Source of the DNA: Nitrospinota bacterium
GTDB lineage: Bacteria; Nitrospinota_A; UBA7883
Assembly: GCA_029879765.1 (NCBI GenBank)
Contig: JAOUPQ010000002.1
Coordinates: 1-39,330, forward strand
Length of the DNA stretch: 39,330 nt
Direction: 5' to 3'
Within the stretch, counting starts at the first letter, position 1. Each line of letters starts with the position of its first letter. The notes under the pieces are model-generated. The model saw only the letters and a program-made list of their open reading frames with translations, was not told the DNA's origin and searched no databases. This document shows, one piece after another, positions 27,362 to 36,761 of the stretch. Both the position numbers and the translations under genes were made by a program.

Positions 27362-28801
27362 TCACCCCTTTGCTTCCCTGTTCAAGCGCTTGTTCAACGC
27401 CGCCCGGGAAAGACCCAGCATCTCCGCGGCGATGGTCTGGTTGGAGCCGGCTCGGCGCATGGCCTCACCTATCAGATATTTCTCCACTTCCTTCAATGTG
27501 GGAAAGAGTCCCGTCTCTTGTTGTGGCAGATACAACCTTCCTCCATTGTTGGAGGCGGCCTTTTTCTCCTCGGAAACGGGGGAGCTTTTCCGGTTTCTTG
27601 CGAGTTTTTCCCTTATCCCTATGATCGACAGGATCTTCCCCTTGTGCATGCTCACCGCGTCCTGGATCAGGCTTTGCAACTCGCGCACGTTGCCGGGAAA
27701 ATGGTAATTGGACAGCAGGGTATATAATTCCACGGGAGGGGTTGGCTTTTTCTTTCCCAGGTCCATGGCGCCCAGTTCCAGGAAATGATCGATCAGCGGC
27801 GGTATATCGTCCAGCCTCTCGCGCAAAGGGGGTATATGGATATGATGGGTCTGCAGCCTGTAGAACAGGTCACTTCGAAACTCCCCTTTTTCCTGGGCCT
27901 GATGGACATCTTTCTGGGTAGCGGTGACTATCCTGGCCAGGCTCATCTTCGGCAAGTCCGAACCCAGGGGATAATACTCCCTCTCCTGCAAAAGCCGCAG
28001 AAGCTTCACCTGGGAAGCCTCGGTCAAATCCCCTATCTCGTCCAGAAACAAGGTTCCCCCCGCAGCCCTCTCGATGAGCCCCTTGCGGTCCCGATCCGCC
28101 CCGGTATACGCCCCTTTCTGGTGGCCGAACAAGGTGTCGGAGAACATATTGTCATCCAGCCCGGCGGTGTTCACCGGCACGAATTCCCCTTTTACCTTGC
28201 TGGCCAGATGGATCGATTTGGCGATCAGCTCCTTGCCCACTCCTGTCTCCCCGGTTATCAGCACCGGGAAGGATGATTTTGCGATAGACTCCACATATTG
28301 GAAGATTGCTCGCATGACCCTGTCCTTGGAGACGATTTCCCGGAAGGTCTCTGGATTTTCCAGATCATCCGAAAGAAGATAGTGCTTCAGGGAACTGTTT
28401 TCCCTGCGCAGCCCCCCAAACTCCAAAGCCCTGGTGACCGTGGAGGTGAAGCGGCTGCCATCCACTGGCTTTTGCAGGTAATCGTAGGCGCCATTGCGCA
28501 TGCAATCCACGGCAATATCCACCTCGCCCACTCCAGTCATGATGATCACCGGAATCTCCGGCCATCGGGCGGCGATCTTATCCAGCAGTTCCCTGCCCCC
28601 CACATGGGGCATCAAAAGATCCATCACCACCAGCTCTACAGGAGTGGAGGAAAGAAACGGGATAACCTCCCTGCTGTCCGATATTCTCACCTGGTTGGAA
28701 ACTCCACAACCATACAGAAGCGCCGAGCAACTCTCCAGGTGGTAAGTCTCGTCATCCACAATCAGCACAGGAAGCTTGGGATTCAATTCCACTTTATTCA
28801 C
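27362..28801 (-). CDS. NtrC-family sigma-54-dependent response regulator (REC, AAA+, Fis-type HTH)
   Basis: REC is VLIVDDE...ELVVMDLLMP. Walker A is ITGETGVGKE, the sigma-54 contact loop is GAYTGA, and the C-terminal HTH is NQTIAAEMLGLSRAALNKRL. The GTG start overlaps the kinase TGA (GTGA). Confidence 0.9.
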   Translation of the reverse strand: MNKVELNPKLPVLIVDDETYHLESCSALLYGCGVSNQVRISDSREVIPFLSSTPVELVVMDLLMPHVGGRELLDKIAARWPEIPVIIMTGVGEVDIAVDCMRNGAYDYLQKPVDGSRFTSTVTRALEFGGLRRENSSLKHYLLSDDLENPETFREIVSKDRVMRAIFQYVESIAKSSFPVLITGETGVGKELIAKSIHLASKVKGEFVPVNTAGLDDNMFSDTLFGHQKGAYTGADRDRKGLIERAAGGTLFLDEIGDLTEASQVKLLRLLQEREYYPLGSDLPKMSLARIVTATQKDVHQAQEKGEFRSDLFYRLQTHHIHIPPLRERLDDIPPLIDHFLELGAMDLGKKKPTPPVELYTLLSNYHFPGNVRELQSLIQDAVSMHKGKILSIIGIREKLARNRKSSPVSEEKKAASNNGGRLYLPQQETGLFPTLKEVEKYLIGEAMRRAGSNQTIAAEMLGLSRAALNKRLNREAKG

Positions 28802-31800
28802 TTGCTCTCTCCATTGGAAGCGGGAAATTCCAGGGTTACGGTGGTGCCGGAGCCTGGTTTCGAGTCAAACCGCATGATTCCGCCATGCTCCCTGACTATC
28901 CCGAAGGATACCGAAAGGCCAAGGCCGGTGCCCCCTTCCTCCCGCTTGGTGGTATAGAACGGATCGGTTATTTTCCCCAGGTTCTCCTCGGCGATGCCGC
29001 ATCCCTGGTCGAGCACCCGCACCCGCACCGTACCCGTTTTCTGGTCATACCCGGTCTCCACCTCCACTTTTTTGTCCATATCCTCCAGCGATTGCAAAGC
29101 GTTGCTGATAAGGTTTATCATCACCTGCTCCATCTCAATCTGGCTTCCCAACACCGTAGGCAATCCTTGGCAGAGACTGGTGACGAAATTGCGCGTATGC
29201 CTTTTGATCAGGCTTGCCAGCAGAAGAGCCGATGACTCCACCACATTGTTCATGTCCACTGGCCGTTTTTTGGCGCCTGGCTCCACCCTGGCGAAATTCT
29301 TGAGCTTTTCCACGATAATCTGAATGCGCTTCGACCCTTCCGATATGCCGTTCAAAAGTTTTGGCGCGGCCTCCAGCGCCTGCCCCATTGGCATCCCCCC
29401 CAACATCAGACCTTCGTTGTCTTCCAGGCTTTTTCTTATCAGCAAAGCTCCCTGTTCCCAAATCTTTTTCAACAAAGGCGCATTGACGGCGATAAAGCTG
29501 TTGGGATTGTTGATCTCGTGGGCCACCCCCGCCACCAATATCCCCAGCGACTTCATCTTGTCCGCATGAATCAGTTGCAGCTGGCGCACCCTGGCCTGTT
29601 CCTCGGCCTGTTTGCGCTCCGTCACATCCAGAAGGCTCAACAGCAGACCGAACACTCTCCCGTCATCTTCCTTGAGAGGCTGAACACTCACATCCCAGTA
29701 AGAGACTCCCCGTTCCGGGTTGGCCTCATAGATAAATGGCTTGGCGTAACATATATAAGCCTCCCCGGTGCGCGCCACTTCCTCGAATATCCGTTCGTTT
29801 TCCTCATTGGGATACAGCCGGAAATGGTTCTTGCCAGGGAAAAAATCCACATCTTTTCCATCCGCCTCGGCGTAGGCCTTGTTCACCTTGATGAAGTTCA
29901 TCTCTTTATCCAGCAGAGCCAGCTTCATATGGGTGGTGGAGAATAGACGCTCGAACAGAGCCTCGCTGTCCCGCACCGCTTTCTCCGCCGCCAGACGCCT
30001 GGAATCCGCCCGGCTGGCCTCCAGCATGCTGGCGCAAGTGGTGATGAAGGGCTCCAGAAACTCTCTCATGCTATCGCTGTATCCCCCCGGCCGATTGGCA
30101 AGGCCGATTATTCCCACCAGATCCCCACCCCTTTTCAGCGGCACACCCATAAAGCTTTTCAGCGCAGGATGCCCATGGGGAAGGCCGGAAGATCTGGGGT
30201 CTTTGGCAGGATCTTCGCTGATCACATATTCCCCGGTGGTCAATACGGCGCCGTATAACGAATCCAGCTTCCGGAATTCCATGCCTGGCTCAAACCCGTT
30301 TTGCATAAATTTTTTGGCCTTCTTGTCCCCCGACATAATGGAAATAGCATGGGTCTTTATAAAAGGATTTCCGGCCTCGTCATAGTGCGCTTCACCTATG
30401 AATCCGAATTCGCTCCTGGACAGGGATATTATCCGATGGAGCAATTTCTCGAACATCAGCTCCGCCTTCTCGCCAAGGATGAAGCGCGTTTGCGCCTGGC
30501 TGATCGCCTCCAGTATCTCCTGGTTCTGACACAGTTCCTCTTCCGCTCTTATCTGCTCCGTAATCTCTCTGGATATCCGCAGCACCGCCGTCACCTCCCC
30601 CTCCGGGCCGCTGATTGGATTTAGAATGCTCTCCCACCATCGCTCGCTATCGCCTTTGCTCTGGGTCATGTATCGCACATGGGACACCTCGCCCCGGGCG
30701 GCTTTTTTAAGAGAACCCTCCATCAGTGGTCGAAACTCTGCCCCCAGCAAGTCCATGCAGGTCTTCCCTTTCACCTCCACTATACTGCCATATCCATTCA
30801 GTTCCAGACCTCGCTGATTCATGAACAGGAAATATCCGTTCACGTCCAGAAGACATATGCAGTCGTCGGAGCTTTCCACCAGCGCCCGGTAGCGCTCTTC
30901 GCTGTCGCGCAGCGCTTCCTCGGCTTTCTTTCTTTCCCTAAGATCGCGAAACACCCCGAGAATCACTTTCTTCCCGTTGATCATATATCGCTGCCCGGTA
31001 ACCTCCACGGGCGCCGTGGTCCCGTCCGCCAGCATAATATTGTTTTCAACCGGGATTGTCGGGTCCACATCCTCCCCACGACTTTTGAACCGATCCCGAG
31101 CCAGCGCTCCTTCTTCCGGCAGATGGAGCCGGGACTGATGCATGCCGGCGAATTCCTTCCTCTGTCTTTTAAACAGCTTCTCCGCCGCCCGGTTTGCCTG
31201 CAACAGGATCCCGGTATCCGCCTCCGCCAGCAGCATGGCATCCGGTGAATTTTCAAACAACATCCGGAACCGCTCTTCGCTCTCCTGCATGGCCTCCCGC
31301 GCCAGCTTGGTCTCCGTCACATCCCTCTTCACCGCCAACATCACTTCTCCATATTTTGCGTCCTGATATCGGGTGACGGTGGTATAGGTCCAAAAGGGAG
31401 TCCCATCCTTCTTGACGTTGAATATTTCGCCGCTCCATTCCCCCTTATTCTTCAAAGTTGTGGATATATGCGTGGCAATCTCCAAGGGCGTATGTTCCGT
31501 GGGCATATTTTGAATGGAGACATGTTTACCGATCATCTCTCCATGGTCGTAACCGAACATCTGCTCGAATTTCGGGTTGGTATGGACGATCACATCGTCC
31601 GACATACGGATCATCTGCACCCCTTCGGCGATGTTCTCCATGATCGCCGCCTGGGTCCGAAGCTCCGCCTCGGCCATTTTGCGCTCGGTGATATCCTGGA
31701 ACACTGTCTGCGCCGCTGGCTTGCCTCCGAACTCCACCGGCGAAGACATCGACTCGACAGTTATCGATTTGCCATCCTTTCTTTTGAACTGGAACTCGGT

Positions 31801-34173
31801 TAGCGCCGCAGTCTCCCTTTTTTCATACACAAGAGACACACGTTTTCTTGCCCTTTGCTTTTCGGCGGCGTCAAGATAATCTATCGGATCCTTCCCGATA
31901 AATTCCTCGGCGCTCTTTCCTGCCAGAGCCGCCACCGCCGCGGGATTTATGTATTCGATCTTGAATTTGGAATGGACCACCACAGGGATCGGGGAATTCT
32001 CCGACAGCTGGCGATAGCGCCCCTCGCTCTCCTCCAGGGCGGACTCATAGCTGCGCTGGCGGGTAAGGTCGTGGATCCCCATCAAGATCGCCGCGGGCCT
32101 GCGGGTTTCGTCGCGCACCATCTTCACCATCACCTCGATGGGGCGGCCCGTGGGATTGGCCGGGTGATCCGGCTCCAGGGTGATCATGGCCTCCCGCTTT
32201 TCGTTCTGCGCGTCACATACCGGGCAATCCACCTCCGGAGCGTGATGAAGCATCTTCTGGATGTTCCTGCCAATCACCTTGTCGGGAGAAAGGCCGGTCA
32301 TCATATAGAACGCGCTGTTGGCGTGAGTGACGTTAAGATCCATGTCCAGAAGGTATATGGCGTCCTCGAAGAAATCCATGGCATAGGCCCATTCCATCCG
32401 GGATTCCACCAGATCCTTCTCCATTTTCTTCCGCTCGGTGATGTCCAGAAATACCGTCTGCACCGCCCGCTGGCCCCCCAGTTCCACAGGAGAGCCCATG
32501 ATCTGGGTGTCGATCAGTCCGCCATCCAGGCGACGCAGCTTCATATCAACAGGCGATGTCGCTTCCTGTTTATCGGAGATGTTTTCAATGCGGCTTTGCG
32601 CAAATTGCCTGAATTCATCGTCGACAAGATCCAGAGAGTTTTTCCCGATAAAGTCCTCCGGTGAACTCCCTCCCAGCGCCGCCACCGCCGCAGGGTTTAT
32701 ATAGATGATCTTGAGATTGGACTGGACGAATATGGGGATGGGAGAATATTCCACCAGGCGCCTGTATCGCTCCTCGCTCTCCTTGAGGGCCGCTTCGGTT
32801 TTTTTCGTTTCCGTGATGTCCTGCACCTGCCCCACGTAATACAGAGGTCGACCCTCCGGATCGGAAACCACAGTGGCCCCCACAATGCCCCAGAAAACCG
32901 AACCGTCCTTGCGGACATATCGCTTTTCCATGCTGTAGAAATCAACTTCCCCTGAAACCACTTGTCGCTGTTTCTCCTTGTTTGGCGCCACATCGTCCGG
33001 ATGGGTGAGGTCCAAAGGTGTTTTACCGATCAACTCCTCTCTGGAATAGCCGAACATGCGGGCCAGGCCTTCGTTGACCTTGATAAACTTGAAGTCCAGA
33101 TCGGTCAACCCCATCCCTATGTTGACCTGGTCGAAAAAGCTGCGCAGTCGGAATTCGCTTTCGCTCAGCGCCTTTTCCATTTCCAGTCTTTCCAGTTCGG
33201 TGGCCATCCGGCCCGAAAAAACCTGCATGGCCGCCTCCGCCAGATCCTGTTCCGCCAAAGGCTCCCGGCTCAGAATGGCCATAATCCCCAAAGGCTCGCC
33301 GGAACTGGAGAGCAGCGGCGCTCCCATATAGCTTTCGATCCCAATATCCGCCAGCAGAGTGTCTTTGGGAAAAAGCCGCGATACTCCTTCGGGGTATACA
33401 CATGCCCCCTTGGTCAATACCTGTTCACAGGGCGAGCCTGCCAGGGAATAGGAAAACGGCTCCACATAAACGCCATTTTCATACACGGCGAATGCCTCCA
33501 CAGTCTCCGGTTCCCCAGGTTTAATTCTGCCGATCAGGGCCACAGCCTCTCCAAAGCTCCGGCTCAGGTGGCGGGCCAGGTTCTGGAATAACTCATCACC
33601 GGTGAATTTGGACAGATCAAACGCCAGGGTTTTGTAGGCGTCCTCCATCCTGCGTCGTTCCTTCTCGGGGCCGGTTTCAAACATCGCCTCCCGCAGGATG
33701 CAAACCGCCCCGACTTTGGTATGGCTAAGCTCGATCAGGGTGGAGTAGTTGACCACCACGTTAAGCTGGGTTCCATCCCGCCTGGTGATTTGCTGGATAT
33801 GGCCATCCAGCCGACTGGCCGCCATAGACTCCATCGCCATTGCCCAGCCCATGCCGGACAGAACCTCGGCCCAATCCGCCCCCACCAATTGCGCCCGGTC
33901 CAAGCCCAGCAAACGCTCCACCGCCGGATTGACCGAGGCCACCTTCCCCTTCTCATTGATAATGACAATGCCATCCCCGGCAAGATCCACCACTTTTTTC
34001 AATCTGCTGTCGAGCAGATCCCCACGGCGCTGGGCGATTTCCAGTTTATGGGAGGTGTTGTTCAGTTGGCGATAATATGAGCGAATGATGAATAGAAAGA
34101 CAATGCTGGCTATCCCCAAACCGGCGATAAATTGCCAAAGACAAATATATTGAACGATTATTCCCATGTCCAT
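28798..34173 (-). CDS. giant membrane-anchored sensor histidine kinase with about nine PAS-like and two GAF-like modules
   Basis: One N-terminal TM segment, then repeated PAS boundaries (...DITERK..., ...DVTETK..., ESEERYR linkers). GAF-like stretches lie at residues ~190-330 and ~1250-1390. H-box is AHEINNPNSF and the ATPase has DQGCGI and GTGLGLSVS. It is 4-nt coupled to the NtrC-family gene. Confidence 0.9.
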   Translation of the reverse strand: MDMGIIVQYICLWQFIAGLGIASIVFLFIIRSYYRQLNNTSHKLEIAQRRGDLLDSRLKKVVDLAGDGIVIINEKGKVASVNPAVERLLGLDRAQLVGADWAEVLSGMGWAMAMESMAASRLDGHIQQITRRDGTQLNVVVNYSTLIELSHTKVGAVCILREAMFETGPEKERRRMEDAYKTLAFDLSKFTGDELFQNLARHLSRSFGEAVALIGRIKPGEPETVEAFAVYENGVYVEPFSYSLAGSPCEQVLTKGACVYPEGVSRLFPKDTLLADIGIESYMGAPLLSSSGEPLGIMAILSREPLAEQDLAEAAMQVFSGRMATELERLEMEKALSESEFRLRSFFDQVNIGMGLTDLDFKFIKVNEGLARMFGYSREELIGKTPLDLTHPDDVAPNKEKQRQVVSGEVDFYSMEKRYVRKDGSVFWGIVGATVVSDPEGRPLYYVGQVQDITETKKTEAALKESEERYRRLVEYSPIPIFVQSNLKIIYINPAAVAALGGSSPEDFIGKNSLDLVDDEFRQFAQSRIENISDKQEATSPVDMKLRRLDGGLIDTQIMGSPVELGGQRAVQTVFLDITERKKMEKDLVESRMEWAYAMDFFEDAIYLLDMDLNVTHANSAFYMMTGLSPDKVIGRNIQKMLHHAPEVDCPVCDAQNEKREAMITLEPDHPANPTGRPIEVMVKMVRDETRRPAAILMGIHDLTRQRSYESALEESEGRYRQLSENSPIPVVVHSKFKIEYINPAAVAALAGKSAEEFIGKDPIDYLDAAEKQRARKRVSLVYEKRETAALTEFQFKRKDGKSITVESMSSPVEFGGKPAAQTVFQDITERKMAEAELRTQAAIMENIAEGVQMIRMSDDVIVHTNPKFEQMFGYDHGEMIGKHVSIQNMPTEHTPLEIATHISTTLKNKGEWSGEIFNVKKDGTPFWTYTTVTRYQDAKYGEVMLAVKRDVTETKLAREAMQESEERFRMLFENSPDAMLLAEADTGILLQANRAAEKLFKRQRKEFAGMHQSRLHLPEEGALARDRFKSRGEDVDPTIPVENNIMLADGTTAPVEVTGQRYMINGKKVILGVFRDLRERKKAEEALRDSEERYRALVESSDDCICLLDVNGYFLFMNQRGLELNGYGSIVEVKGKTCMDLLGAEFRPLMEGSLKKAARGEVSHVRYMTQSKGDSERWWESILNPISGPEGEVTAVLRISREITEQIRAEEELCQNQEILEAISQAQTRFILGEKAELMFEKLLHRIISLSRSEFGFIGEAHYDEAGNPFIKTHAISIMSGDKKAKKFMQNGFEPGMEFRKLDSLYGAVLTTGEYVISEDPAKDPRSSGLPHGHPALKSFMGVPLKRGGDLVGIIGLANRPGGYSDSMREFLEPFITTCASMLEASRADSRRLAAEKAVRDSEALFERLFSTTHMKLALLDKEMNFIKVNKAYAEADGKDVDFFPGKNHFRLYPNEENERIFEEVARTGEAYICYAKPFIYEANPERGVSYWDVSVQPLKEDDGRVFGLLLSLLDVTERKQAEEQARVRQLQLIHADKMKSLGILVAGVAHEINNPNSFIAVNAPLLKKIWEQGALLIRKSLEDNEGLMLGGMPMGQALEAAPKLLNGISEGSKRIQIIVEKLKNFARVEPGAKKRPVDMNNVVESSALLLASLIKRHTRNFVTSLCQGLPTVLGSQIEMEQVMINLISNALQSLEDMDKKVEVETGYDQKTGTVRVRVLDQGCGIAEENLGKITDPFYTTKREEGGTGLGLSVSFGIVREHGGIMRFDSKPGSGTTVTLEFPASNGESK

Positions 34174-34543
34174 GAGTCTTTAACCGCCCAACTTAATGGA
34201 GGATCCAGGAAGGCCACTACCCCAGCCATCTTCCCGAAGACAAGATTCCAGCGATGAAAATGAATATGGGCAAAAATCGACCCGTCCAAAAAACCACACC
34301 CCAGCGAACATTTCCACACCCCCTGTACGCCACTCACCGTGAACCTGAGCCTTCAGATAAGCAACTTGTTCCTATAGCATAGTGGTAACGCAAAACCGCC
34401 TTATTTTACATCATAATTGATTTGTTTTGGAACAGGCAAAATTAGCGTGACATCCCACCGACCGTGGCATTTCTAAAACAGACAGCGCAAAGCATTCCTG
34501 AAGAAGGCCTCACCATGCGCAAGCGACGAATTGCGCCCAAGGA

Positions 34544-35797
34544 TCAAACACGGGCGCCCATTTTCCGCAATGCGTTGATTCTGGCCTCGGTGGGAGGATG
34601 GGTGGCGAACATGGCCCCGGAACTCATGGAAAAGCTCTTCAGAGGATTGATAATATACATATGCTGGGTGGCCCGGTTGGCCCCATTCAGAGGTTCAGGA
34701 TCCAAGGCTATCTTGGCCAGGGCCGAGGCCAACCCCTCCGGATTGCGGGTGAACTGGACGGCGGTGGCGTCCGCCAGCAGCTCGCGTTTGCGAGAGACAG
34801 CCATCTGCAGAAGATATGCGCTGAAGGGGGCCAGCACAGCCAGCAGGATCGCCAGGATCAGCAGAATCGGATGACCACCCCTTGGCCCGCCGCGCCCCCG
34901 CAAGAACGCGTCGCTTATCATGGCGATGGCCCCTGCCAGCACCGCCGCCAGCATGGCGTATCGGATATCGTAATTGCCAATGTGGGCCATCTCATGGGCT
35001 ATCACCCCCTGCAGCTCATCCCGGTCCAGCTTGTCCAGCAGGCCCCGAGTCACCGCCACGGCGGAGCGTTCCGGATCCCGCCCCGTGGCAAAGGCGTTGG
35101 GCGCCGCCGATTCCATGATATACACCTCCGGCATAGGGAGGCCGGAGGCGATCCTCATCTCCTCCACCACGTTATACAGCATCGGCTCCTGGTCATGATC
35201 CACCCTTGTTGCGCCGCTCATCCATATGATCATGCTCGCCCCCTGGGCCCATGACCACCAGCCCAGGAAAAACGCGATGACAAAAGCCACACCCACCCCG
35301 ATGTCAGGCGCCCCGTAGGTTCCCCCGATGGCCGCTCCCAGAAGGGCAAGTATGGCCGTCATGGCGAACAGCATCATGTAGGATTTTCGTATGTTCATCT
35401 CTTTTTCCGCGTAGAAGGTGGAGCGCTCCACAGGACCGGCGGGCAAGGGCGCCGTTCTGGACCCCGTATCGCCTCCAAAAGCTGCCATGGCCCCCGGAGG
35501 AACATCGGCCGCGACCTTTGCCGCGGGCGTCCGGGCTGTCGGCGGTGTGGGAGCGGAACCGATGGAGGGGGGCGCAGGCATGGCTCTGGCAGAGAAATCT
35601 TTTGGAGTCGGCAAAGGAGGCGGTGGAGATTCCGCGCTTTCTCCATGAACCGGCGCCATGGATGAGGGAGTGGGGATGGGGCGCGCAGTTCCTTTTTCCA
35701 CCATAATATCCCCGCACAAGGCGCACTGCACCGCGCGGGATCGGTTCATGAACCCGCAATTGGGGCATGGAACCCTGGGTCTGTTTGTCAGGCTCAT
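34544..35797 (-). CDS. htpX: HtpX-like M48 zinc metalloprotease with an N-terminal zinc ribbon and a Pro/Ala-rich linker
   Basis: HEMAHIGNYD (HEXXH) sits in an HtpX-like membrane topology. The N-terminal CPNCGFMNRSRAVQCALCG is followed by ~100 aa rich in Pro, Ala and Thr before the first TM segment. Confidence 0.8.
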   Translation of the reverse strand: MSLTNRPRVPCPNCGFMNRSRAVQCALCGDIMVEKGTARPIPTPSSMAPVHGESAESPPPPLPTPKDFSARAMPAPPSIGSAPTPPTARTPAAKVAADVPPGAMAAFGGDTGSRTAPLPAGPVERSTFYAEKEMNIRKSYMMLFAMTAILALLGAAIGGTYGAPDIGVGVAFVIAFFLGWWSWAQGASMIIWMSGATRVDHDQEPMLYNVVEEMRIASGLPMPEVYIMESAAPNAFATGRDPERSAVAVTRGLLDKLDRDELQGVIAHEMAHIGNYDIRYAMLAAVLAGAIAMISDAFLRGRGGPRGGHPILLILAILLAVLAPFSAYLLQMAVSRKRELLADATAVQFTRNPEGLASALAKIALDPEPLNGANRATQHMYIINPLKSFSMSSGAMFATHPPTEARINALRKMGARV

Positions 35798-35821
35798 TTC
35801 TTCTGGCGGGAACAGGATCCT

Positions 35822-36373
35822 TTATCGCAGATCCACCTTCACCGGCGCCCGTTCCACCTCCGGGATAGAGAAGAACTCCTCCTGCTTGAAGCCGAACATG
35901 TTGGCGACGATGTTTGATGGAAACATTTCGCACTTGGTGTTCAGCTCCATGACCGAGTCGTTATAAAACTGCCGGGAAAAGGAGATCCTGTTCTCGGTGG
36001 AGGTCAACTCCTCCTGCAGCTTCATCACGTTCTGGTTCGCTTTAAGATCCGGGTAGTTTTCCGAAAGAGCGAAAAGGCTTTTCAGAGCCTCGGTGAGCAT
36101 CCCCTCTTTCTGGGCCCGGTCAGAGATGTTTGTGGCCTTCATCGCCTCGCCACGAGCCTGGATCACCTTCTGCAGCGTCTCCTGCTCATAGCTCATGTAG
36201 TCCTTCACCACCTCCACCAGGTTCGGGATCAGGTCATACCTTCTTTTAAGCTGCACATCGATCTGGCTCCATGCGTTTTTCACCTGCTGGCGCAATTTGA
36301 CCAGGCTGTTGTACATGCCCACCACGAACAACACGGTCAGCACAAGAACACCAAGAATTATCAATCCGGTCAC
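35822..36373 (-). CDS. lemA: LemA family protein
   Basis: N-terminal TM then YNSLVKLRQQVKNAWSQIDVQLKRRYDLIPNLVE, the classic LemA signature. The GTG start has AAGGAGGG 6 nt upstream. Confidence 0.9.
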   Translation of the reverse strand: MTGLIILGVLVLTVLFVVGMYNSLVKLRQQVKNAWSQIDVQLKRRYDLIPNLVEVVKDYMSYEQETLQKVIQARGEAMKATNISDRAQKEGMLTEALKSLFALSENYPDLKANQNVMKLQEELTSTENRISFSRQFYNDSVMELNTKCEMFPSNIVANMFGFKQEEFFSIPEVERAPVKVDLR

Positions 36374-36395
36374 TTCAATCCCTCCTTGATATGAT

Positions 36396-36761
36396 TTATC
36401 CCAAATTTTTCAGAGCCCACAGGGTGGGGCCCAGCCAAACCTGTATCGCGAAAACCAGCACATGCGCCCCGGCCATGATGTACCCCGCCAGCGCCGCGGG
36501 CGTGCGGGAGCGCTCCAGCCCCACCGTGGTCCAGTATACTCCCCCGGCGAAGGAAAAGCCCGCCACGGAGAGCGGATTCATGTCCATGTAAAATGGGTAG
36601 GCGGTCGCCACGTCATTCATGGCGGCATAGGCGCGCAACCCTTCCCTAAGGTACCATCCAAGACCCAGCAGATAGAATCCCAGGGAAAGATATTTATACG
36701 CCCCCGGGTGAAAAGCCTTCGGATCCCCCGGCCCGCCCCCTTCCGCGCCGAAAAGGCTCAT
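36396..36761 (-). CDS. small integral membrane protein, unknown function (121 aa)
   Basis: The ATG at 36761 forms an ATGA overlap with the stop of the upstream gene. Three to four hydrophobic segments (YLSLGFYLLGLGWYL, LSVAGFSFAGGVYW, YIMAGAHVLVFAIQVWLG). I recognised no family. Confidence 0.55.
   Translation of the reverse strand: MSLFGAEGGGPGDPKAFHPGAYKYLSLGFYLLGLGWYLREGLRAYAAMNDVATAYPFYMDMNPLSVAGFSFAGGVYWTTVGLERSRTPAALAGYIMAGAHVLVFAIQVWLGPTLWALKNLG

Noticed and set aside
34174-34543. A 370-bp intergenic region scanned for sigma-54 promoters, small ORFs (for example a 19-codon MPRSVGCHANFACSKTNQL) and structured RNA.
   Set aside because: No GG-N10-GC match with correct spacing. The mini-ORF has no RBS. 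Only a weak 6-bp hairpin (GCGCAA/TTGCGC) lies just after the htpX stop.
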